Positions 27,661-34,352 of a stretch of DNA of 34,352 bases are shown here, one piece after another. The stretch is from a virus (Duplodnaviria > Heunggongvirae > Uroviricota > Caudoviricetes): IMG/VR virus record IMGVR_UViG_2660238524_000004; one strand, written 5' to 3'. A program made the position numbers and the translations under genes. How positions within the stretch are numbered: the stretch's first letter is position 1; every line of letters begins with the position of its first letter. Below the pieces are notes generated by a model that had not been told where the DNA came from, did not search any database, and saw only the letters and a list, made by a program, of their open reading frames with translations.

Positions 27661-27690
27661 TGCTGTTGATTAGCCAACCGGGACAAATAG
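27661..27690 (+). promoter_or_regulatory. Candidate Ogr-dependent late promoter element for the FI-FII-E-T-U-D operon
   Basis: GTGCTGTTGATTAGCCAACCGGGACA about 65-90 nt upstream of the FI ATG; shares the GTGCTGTTG ... GAT(A/T)AGCCA(A/T)CCGGGAC motif with the P/O region. Confidence 0.45.
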
Positions 27691-27749
27691 CCTGACATCT
27701 CCGGCACAACTGAAAATACCACTCACCCATTAACCACGGAGTTAAACGG

Positions 27750-28940
27750 ATGAGTGACTATCATCACGGCGTGCAGGTGCTGGAGATTAACGACGGCACC
27801 CGCGTCATTTCCACCGTATCCACGGCCATTGTCGGCATGGTCTGCACAGCCAGCGATGCGGATGCGGAAACCTTCCCCCTCAATAAACCGGTGCTGATTA
27901 CCAATGTGCAGAGCGCAATTGCAAAGGCTGGTAAAAAAGGCACGCTGGCGGCGTCGTTGCAGGCCATCGCTGACCAGTCAAAACCGGTCACCGTTGTCGT
28001 GCGTGTTGAAGACGGCACAGGCGACGACGAAGAAACGAAACTCGCGCAGACCGTTTCCAATATCATCGGCACCACCGACGAAAACGGTCAGTACACCGGA
28101 CTGAAAGCCCTGATGGGGGCTGAGTCGGTTACCGGCGTTAAACCGCGCATTCTTGGTGTGCCGGGGCTGGACACCAAAGAGGTTGCCGTCGCACTGGCAT
28201 CGGTATGCCAGGAACTGAATGCATTCGGGTATATCAGCGCATGGGGCTGTAAAACCATTTCCGAGGTGAAAGCCTACCGCCAGAATTTCAGCCAGCGTGA
28301 GCTGATGGTTATCTGGCCGGATTTCCTCGCATGGGATACGGTCACCAGTACCACCGCCACCGCGTATGCCACCGCCCGTGCGCTGGGGCTGCGCGCTAAA
28401 ATCGACCAGGAGCAGGGCTGGCATAAAACGCTGTCCAACGTCGGGGTAAACGGTGTTACCGGCATCAGTGCATCTGTATTCTGGGATTTGCAGAAGTCTG
28501 GCACTGATGCTGACCTGCTGAACGAGGCAGGCGTCACAACGCTGGTTCGCCGCGACGGTTTCCGTTTCTGGGGTAACCGTACCTGCTCCGATGACCCACT
28601 GTTCCTCTTTGAAAGCTACACACGCACTGCGCAGGTACTGGCCGACACGATGGCTGAGGCGCACATGTGGGCTATTGATAAGCCCATCACCGCAACGCTG
28701 ATTCGCGACATCATTGACGGCATCAATGCCAAATTCCGCGAACTGAAAAACAACGGTTATATCGTGGATGGCACATGCTGGTTCAGTGAAGAATCCAACG
28801 ATGCGGAAACCCTCAAGGCCGGAAAACTGTATATCGACTACGACTATACCCCGGTGCCTCCCCTCGAAAACCTGACCCTGCGCCAGCGTATTACTTCAAG
28901 ATACCTGGCAAGTCTGGTCACCTCGGTTAACAGCAATTAA
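27750..28940 (+). CDS. FI: Tail sheath protein, P2 gpFI (396 aa)
   Basis: Length identical to P2 FI; followed by tube, E/E', tape measure. Confidence 0.9.
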   Translation: MSDYHHGVQVLEINDGTRVISTVSTAIVGMVCTASDADAETFPLNKPVLITNVQSAIAKAGKKGTLAASLQAIADQSKPVTVVVRVEDGTGDDEETKLAQTVSNIIGTTDENGQYTGLKALMGAESVTGVKPRILGVPGLDTKEVAVALASVCQELNAFGYISAWGCKTISEVKAYRQNFSQRELMVIWPDFLAWDTVTSTTATAYATARALGLRAKIDQEQGWHKTLSNVGVNGVTGISASVFWDLQKSGTDADLLNEAGVTTLVRRDGFRFWGNRTCSDDPLFLFESYTRTAQVLADTMAEAHMWAIDKPITATLIRDIIDGINAKFRELKNNGYIVDGTCWFSEESNDAETLKAGKLYIDYDYTPVPPLENLTLRQRITSRYLASLVTSVNSN

Positions 28941-28952
28941 GGAGCCTGACCG

Positions 28953-29471
28953 ATGGCAATGCCGCGCAAACTCAAGTTAATGAACGTCTTTCTGAACGGC
29001 TACAGCTATCAGGGCGTTGCAAAGTCCGTCACGCTGCCAAAACTGACCCGTAAGCTCGAAAACTATCGCGGTGCGGGGATGAACGGCAGCGCACCGGTAG
29101 ACCTCGGCCTTGATGACGATGCGCTGTCAATGGAGTGGTCGCTCGGTGGCTTCCCGGATTCGGTTATCTGGGAGCTTTACGCCGCAACCGGCGTGGATGC
29201 CGTGCCGATTCGGTTTGCAGGCTCTTACCAGCGTGATGATACCGGCGAAACGGTGGCCGTCGAAGTGGTCATGCGTGGACGTCAGAAAGAAATCGACACC
29301 GGCGAGGGTAAACAGGGAGAAGACACCGAGTCGAAAATCTCCGTGGTCTGCACCTATTTCCGGCTGACGATGGACGGTAAGGAGCTGGTCGAAATCGACA
29401 CCATCAACATGATTGAGAAGGTGAACGGCGTCGACCGGCTGGAGCAACACCGCCGCAATATCGGCCTGTGA
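28953..29471 (+). CDS. FII: Tail tube protein, P2 gpFII (172 aa)
   Basis: Length identical to P2 FII. Confidence 0.9.
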   Translation: MAMPRKLKLMNVFLNGYSYQGVAKSVTLPKLTRKLENYRGAGMNGSAPVDLGLDDDALSMEWSLGGFPDSVIWELYAATGVDAVPIRFAGSYQRDDTGETVAVEVVMRGRQKEIDTGEGKQGEDTESKISVVCTYFRLTMDGKELVEIDTINMIEKVNGVDRLEQHRRNIGL

Positions 29472-29527
29472 TTTTCATCCGGTCAGCCAGGCTGACCGGT
29501 TAACCCCGATTCAGATGTGAGAAAACC

Positions 29528-29803
29528 ATGAACAAAGAAAATGTGATTACCCTGGAAAATCCGGTCAAACGTGGTGAGCAGGTTATCAAACAGGTCACGC
29601 TGATGAAACCTAATGCCGGGACGCTTCGCGGTGTCAGTCTGGCTTCGGTCGCACACTCCGAAGTCGATGCACTTATTAAGGTGCTGCCGCGCATGACGGC
29701 ACCGATGCTGACCGAGCAGGAAGTCGCCGCGCTGGAACTGCCTGACCTTGTGGAACTGGCCGGTAAGGTGGTCGGTTTTTTGTCGCCGAACTCGGTGCAG
29801 TGA
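29528..29803 (+). CDS. E: Tail assembly chaperone E (91 aa)
   Basis: Length identical to P2 E; immediately upstream of the tape measure gene. Confidence 0.8.
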   Translation: MNKENVITLENPVKRGEQVIKQVTLMKPNAGTLRGVSLASVAHSEVDALIKVLPRMTAPMLTEQEVAALELPDLVELAGKVVGFLSPNSVQ

Positions 29804-29955
29804 CGTTTCCGAAAAATCTGTCGGTCGATGACCTGATGGCGGATGTGGCAGTGATATTTCACTGGCCGCCATCAGAACTGTATCCCATGAGTCTGAGCGA
29901 ACTCATCACATGGCGCGAAAAGGCGCTCCGGCGAAGCGGAAACACGAATGAGTAA
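29528..29955 (+). CDS. E': Tail assembly chaperone E+E' fusion (142 aa) made by programmed -1 frameshift near 29774-29783
   Basis: Slippery run G GTT TTT TG at the 3' end of E; shifting to the -1 frame there gives an open frame to a TAA at 29953-29955, total 142 aa, the size reported for P2 E+E'. Confidence 0.6.
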
Positions 29956-32395
29956 CAATGTAAAATTAAAGGTATTGCTCAGGGCTGTTGACCAGGCATC
30001 CCGCCCGTTTAAATCCATCCGCACAGCGAGTAAGTCGCTGTCGGGGGACATCCGGGAAACACAAAAATCGCTGCGCGAGCTGAACGGTCACGCATCCCGT
30101 ATTGAGGGATTCCGCAAGACCAGTGCACAGCTAGCCGTGACTGGTCAGGAACTGAAAAAAGCCAGACAGGAAGCCGCAGCTCTGGCTGTCCAGTTTACAA
30201 ATACTGAACGACCGACAAATGCACAGGCAAAGGCAATGGAAGCCGCGCGTAAAAACGCGTCTGAGTTACAGGCGAAATATAACAGCCTGAGATTGTCGGT
30301 ACAGCGCCAGCGTCAGGAATTGAGTCAGGCGGGTATTAATACCCGTAATCTGGCGCATGATGAACGAGGGCTGAAAAATCGTATCAGCGAAACCACCACA
30401 CAGCTTAACCGTCAGCGTGATGCGCTGGCGCGTGTCAGTGCGCAACAGGCAAAACTTAATGCAGTAAAACAGCGTTATCAGGTCGGAAAGGAACTGGCCG
30501 GAAATATGGCCTCGGTGGGCGCTGCCGGTGTGGGTATTGCGGCGGCGGGAACGATGGCCGGAGTTAAGCTGCTGATGCCCGGTTATGAGTTTGCGCAGAA
30601 AAACTCAGAATTACAGGCCGTGCTCGGTGTGGAAAAAGACTCTGCCGAAATGGCCGCGCTACGCAAGCAGGCGCGCCAGCTCGGCGACAATACCGCCGCC
30701 TCGGCAGATGATGCAGCCGGTGCACAGATTATCATCGCGAAAGCGGGTGGGGATGTTGATGCCATTCAGGCGGCAACGCCGGTCACGCTGAATATGGCGC
30801 TGGCGAACCGTCGCACGATGGAAGAAAACGCCGCCCTGCTGATGGGGATGAAATCCGCCTTTCAGCTTTCAAACGATAAGGTCGCTCATATCGGGGATGT
30901 TCTCTCCATGACGATGAACAAAACCGCCGCCGATTTTGACGGTATGAGCGATGCGCTGACCTATGCCGCACCTGTGGCAAAAAATGCCGGTGTCAGCATT
31001 GAAGAAACCGCCGCAATGGTCGGGGCGCTGCATGATGCAAAAATTACCGGTTCAATGGCGGGGACGGGAAGCCGTGCCGTGTTAAGCCGTCTGCAGTCAC
31101 CGACGGGAAAAGCATGGGATGCACTCAAAGAGCTTGGCGTGAAAACCTCAGACAGCAAGGGAAACACCCGGCCAGTATTTACCATTCTGAAAGAAATGCA
31201 GGCCAGTTTTGAGAAAAACCGACTCGGTACTGCCCAGCAGGCTGAATACATGAAAACCATTTTCGGGGAGGAGGCCAGCTCAGCCGCCGCTGTGCTGATG
31301 ACTGCCGCCTCAACCGGAAAGCTGGACAAACTGACCGCTGCGTTTAAAGCCTCAGACGGGAAAACTGCAGAGCTGGTAAATATCATGCAGGACAATCTCG
31401 GCGGTGACTTTAAGGAGTTTCAGTCCGCTTATGAGGCGGTGGGGACAGACCTGTTTGACCAGCAGGAAGGCGCACTGCGTAATCTCACGCAGACGGCCAC
31501 AAAGTATGTGTTAAAACTCGACGGCTGGATCCAGAAAAACAAATCACTGGCGTCAACCATCGGCATCATTGCCGGTGGTGCACTGGCACTGACTGGTGTC
31601 ATCGGTGCCATTGGCCTCGTAGCCTGGCCGGTTATCACCGGCATCAATGCCATCATCGCGGCAGCAGGCGCAATGGGGGCAATTTTCACGACGGTTGGCA
31701 GTGCTGTTATGGCCGCCATCGGGGCGATTAGCTGGCCGGTTGTGGCCGTGGTGGCCGCCATTGTCGCCGGGGCGTTGCTTATCCGTAAATACTGGGAGCC
31801 TGTCAGCGCATTCTTTGGCGGTGTGGTGGAAGGGCTGAAAGCGGCATTTGCGCCGGTGGGGGAACTGTTCACGCCACTGAAGCCGGTGTTTGACTGGCTG
31901 GGCGAAAAGTTACAGGCCGCGTGGCAGTGGTTTAAAAACCTGATTGCCCCGGTTAAAGCAACACAGGACACCCTGAACCGTTGCCGTGACACGGGCGTCA
32001 TGTTCGGGCAGGCACTGGCTGACGCGTTGATGCTGCCGCTTAATGCGTTCAACAAACTGCGCAGCGGTATTGACTGGGTACTGGAAAAGCTCGGGGTCAT
32101 CAACAAAGAGTCAGACACACTTGACCAGACCGCCGCCAGAACTCATGCCGCCACGTATGGCACCGGTGGTTATATTCCGGCGACCAGCTCTTATGCAGGC
32201 TATCAGGCTTATCAGCCGGTTACGGCACCGGCTGGCCGCTCTTATGTAGACCAGAGTAAAAACGAATATCACATTAACCTGACGGGTGGTTCTGCGCCGG
32301 GAACACAGCTTGACCGCCAGTTACAGGATGCGCTCGAAAAATACGAGCGGGATAAACGTGCGCGCGCCCGTGCCAGCATGATGCATGACGGTTAA
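29948..32395 (+). CDS. T: Tail tape measure protein, P2 gpT (815 aa)
   Basis: Length identical to P2 T; coiled-coil N-terminal half, Gly/Ala-rich hydrophobic segment. Confidence 0.9.
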   Translation: MSNNVKLKVLLRAVDQASRPFKSIRTASKSLSGDIRETQKSLRELNGHASRIEGFRKTSAQLAVTGQELKKARQEAAALAVQFTNTERPTNAQAKAMEAARKNASELQAKYNSLRLSVQRQRQELSQAGINTRNLAHDERGLKNRISETTTQLNRQRDALARVSAQQAKLNAVKQRYQVGKELAGNMASVGAAGVGIAAAGTMAGVKLLMPGYEFAQKNSELQAVLGVEKDSAEMAALRKQARQLGDNTAASADDAAGAQIIIAKAGGDVDAIQAATPVTLNMALANRRTMEENAALLMGMKSAFQLSNDKVAHIGDVLSMTMNKTAADFDGMSDALTYAAPVAKNAGVSIEETAAMVGALHDAKITGSMAGTGSRAVLSRLQSPTGKAWDALKELGVKTSDSKGNTRPVFTILKEMQASFEKNRLGTAQQAEYMKTIFGEEASSAAAVLMTAASTGKLDKLTAAFKASDGKTAELVNIMQDNLGGDFKEFQSAYEAVGTDLFDQQEGALRNLTQTATKYVLKLDGWIQKNKSLASTIGIIAGGALALTGVIGAIGLVAWPVITGINAIIAAAGAMGAIFTTVGSAVMAAIGAISWPVVAVVAAIVAGALLIRKYWEPVSAFFGGVVEGLKAAFAPVGELFTPLKPVFDWLGEKLQAAWQWFKNLIAPVKATQDTLNRCRDTGVMFGQALADALMLPLNAFNKLRSGIDWVLEKLGVINKESDTLDQTAARTHAATYGTGGYIPATSSYAGYQAYQPVTAPAGRSYVDQSKNEYHINLTGGSAPGTQLDRQLQDALEKYERDKRARARASMMHDG

Positions 32396-32409
32396 GGAGG
32401 TGACGAAAA

Positions 32410-32889
32410 ATGATGCTCGCGTTAGGTATGTTTGTTTTTATGCGCCAGACGCTGCCACACCAGACCATGCAGCGTGAATCAGATTATCGCTGGCCGTCAA
32501 ATTCCCGTATCGGTAAACGGGATGCCTACCAGTTTCTCGGTGTTGGCGAGGAAAACATGACGCTTGCCGGTGTGCTTTATCCCGAACTGACCGGCGGCAA
32601 GCTGACGATGACCACGCTCAGGATGATGGCTGAGGAAGGCCGGGCGTGGCCGTTGCTGGATGGCACCGGCATGATTTACGGCATGTATGTCATCAGCAGG
32701 GTGAGTGAAACAGGGAGTATTTTCTTTGCAGACGGCACACCCCGAAAAATTGATTTTACGCTGTCGCTCACCCGCGTTGATGAATCACTGGCCGCGCTTT
32801 ATGGCGATATCGGTAAACAGGCGGAATCGCTCATCGGTAAGGCTGGCAGTATGGCGACCAGATTCACAGGTATGACGGGGGCGGGATAA
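32410..32889 (+). CDS. U: Tail protein U (159 aa)
   Basis: Length identical to P2 U. Confidence 0.85.
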   Translation: MMLALGMFVFMRQTLPHQTMQRESDYRWPSNSRIGKRDAYQFLGVGEENMTLAGVLYPELTGGKLTMTTLRMMAEEGRAWPLLDGTGMIYGMYVISRVSETGSIFFADGTPRKIDFTLSLTRVDESLAALYGDIGKQAESLIGKAGSMATRFTGMTGAG

Positions 32890-34052
32890 TGCTGGATGCG
32901 CTGACATTTGATGCAGGCAGTACGCTGACGCCGGATTACATGCTGATGCTCGACAGCAGGGATATTACCGGCAATATCAGCGACCGTCTGATGAGCATGA
33001 CCCTGACGGATAACCGGGGCTTTGAGGCTGACCAGCTTGATATTGAACTGAACGATGCCGACGGGCAGGTCGGGCTGCCGGTTCGTGGCGCTGTCCTGAC
33101 GGTGTATATCGGCTGGAAAGGTTTTGCCCTGGTATGCAAAGGGGAATTTACCGTTGATGAGGTTGAACACCGGGGCGCACCGGATGTGGTCACCATCCGC
33201 GCCCGGAGTGCAGATTTTCGCGGGACGCTCAATTCCCGCCGTGAAGGCTCCTGGCATGACACCACGCTCGGTGCGATTGTTGAAGCGATAGCCTCCCGTA
33301 ACAGGCTGGAAGCCAGTGTCGCGCCGTCACTGGCCGGAATTAAAATTCCGCACATCGACCAGTCGCAGGAGTCTGATGCGAAATTCCTGACCCGCCTTGC
33401 TGAACGCAACGGCGGTGAGGTGTCGGTAAAAATGGGAAAACTGCTGTTTCTCAAAGCGGGGCAGGGGGTGACGGCCAGCGGTAAAAAAATCCCGCATATT
33501 ACCATCACCCGCAGCGACGGCGACCGTCATCATTTTGCGATTGCTGACCGTGGAGCTTACACCGGCGTAACGGCAAAGTGGTTACACACCAAAGACCCGA
33601 AGCCGCAAAAGCAGAAGGTAAAACTGAAACGCAAAAAGAAAGAGAAACACCTGCGCGCACTGGAGCACCCGAAAGCGAAACCGGTCACGCAGAAGAAAGC
33701 GCCAAAAGTACCGGAAGCGCGCGAAGGTGAATACATGGCCGGTGAGGCTGACAACGTTTTTGCCCTGACTACGGTATATGCCACAAAAGCGCAGGCCATG
33801 CGTGCCGCTCAGGCGAAGTGGGATAAACTGCAACGGGGCGTTGCGGAGTTCTCCATCATCCTGGCTACCGGTCGTGCAGATATTTACACGGAAACGCCGG
33901 TCAAAGTGTCAGGCTTTAAGCGCGTCATAGACGAGCAGGACTGGACAATCACTAAGGTGACACATTTTCTGAATAATAGCGGCTTCACGACGTCCTTAGA
34001 GCTTGAGGTCAGGCTTTCTGATGTGGAGTACGAAACAGAAGATAATGAGTAA
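32889..34052 (+). CDS. D: Tail protein D (387 aa)
   Basis: Length identical to P2 D; ATG overlaps the U stop (TAATG). Confidence 0.85.
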   Translation: MLDALTFDAGSTLTPDYMLMLDSRDITGNISDRLMSMTLTDNRGFEADQLDIELNDADGQVGLPVRGAVLTVYIGWKGFALVCKGEFTVDEVEHRGAPDVVTIRARSADFRGTLNSRREGSWHDTTLGAIVEAIASRNRLEASVAPSLAGIKIPHIDQSQESDAKFLTRLAERNGGEVSVKMGKLLFLKAGQGVTASGKKIPHITITRSDGDRHHFAIADRGAYTGVTAKWLHTKDPKPQKQKVKLKRKKKEKHLRALEHPKAKPVTQKKAPKVPEAREGEYMAGEADNVFALTTVYATKAQAMRAAQAKWDKLQRGVAEFSIILATGRADIYTETPVKVSGFKRVIDEQDWTITKVTHFLNNSGFTTSLELEVRLSDVEYETEDNE

Positions 34053-34133
34053 TATGTTTTGTTTATCTGTTTGTTTTATAAGGATAAATTAACTAAAATG
34101 GCACCATCAACAAAACCGGAAGAGGTGCTCGCG

Positions 34134-34352
34134 ATGTTTCATTGTCCTTTATGCCAGCATGCCGCACATGCGCGTACAAGTCGCTATATCACTGACACGA
34201 CAAAAGAGCGTTATCACCAGTGCCAGAACGTGAATTGCAGCGCCACGTTCATCACTTATGAGTCGGTACAGCGATACATCGTGAAGCCGGGAGAAGTCCA
34301 CGCCGTAAGGCCGCACCCGTTGCCGTCAGGGCAGCAAATTATGTGGATGTAA
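34134..34352 (+). CDS. ogr: Late-gene transcriptional activator Ogr, zinc-finger protein (72 aa); stop codon is the last three bases of the window
   Basis: ORF track 34059..34352; start taken at MFHCPLCQHAAHARTSRYITDTTKERYHQCQNVNCSATF..., which matches my recollection of P2 Ogr with its CxxC...CxxxxC zinc-binding motif. Confidence 0.85.
   Translation: MFHCPLCQHAAHARTSRYITDTTKERYHQCQNVNCSATFITYESVQRYIVKPGEVHAVRPHPLPSGQQIMWM

Noticed and set aside
27978-28664. 228-aa minus-strand ORF inside the tail sheath gene FI
   Set aside because: Antisense to a conserved structural gene of exactly the P2 length; no independent support.
30961-32118. Minus-strand ORFs of 144 and 229 aa inside the tape measure gene T
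   Set aside because: Antisense to a full-length, P2-sized tape measure gene; Ala/Ser/Pro-rich low-complexity translations typical of reverse frames.
1-34352. tRNA or other structured RNA genes, and att core sequences
   Set aside because: I did not recognise any tRNA-like cloverleaf or att core by eye; P2 att would lie outside the int-to-ogr interval. A tRNAscan or Infernal run is needed to be certain.

Overview
This window is an almost complete P2-family (Peduovirus-like) prophage of an enterobacterial host, running from the integrase stop codon (position 1) to the ogr stop codon (position 34352); both att sites lie outside the window. Gene order, sizes and many protein sequences match phage P2 as I recall it (no database search was possible): int, C, cox, B, orf80-83, A, orf91, then a cargo locus, cos, Q, P, O, N, M, L, X, Y, K, lysA/B/C, R, S, V, W, J, I, H, tfa, a second cargo locus, FI, FII, E/E', T, U, D, ogr. 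Four things depart from the P2 backbone. (1) At the position where P2 carries tin and old, between orf91 and cos, there are two AT-rich genes for small proteins with N-terminal transmembrane segments that I cannot place in any family; this is the best candidate for an undescribed anti-phage or superinfection-exclusion module. (2) At the position of P2 Z/fun, between tfa and FI, there is a second AT-rich pair: a small multi-pass membrane protein and a single-TM coiled-coil protein. (3) The tail fibre H is a mosaic with a P2-like N-terminus and a lambda Stf-like C-terminus, paired with a lambda Tfa-like assembly gene. (4) That tfa gene is split by a 2581-bp IS21-family element (istA/istB) flanked by a 5-bp target duplication, ATGAG. 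Also visible are the 19-nt P2 cohesive-end sequence, a slippery site for the E/E' -1 frameshift, a motif shared by two late-promoter regions, and a terminator ahead of the FI operon. GC content was judged by eye, not computed.
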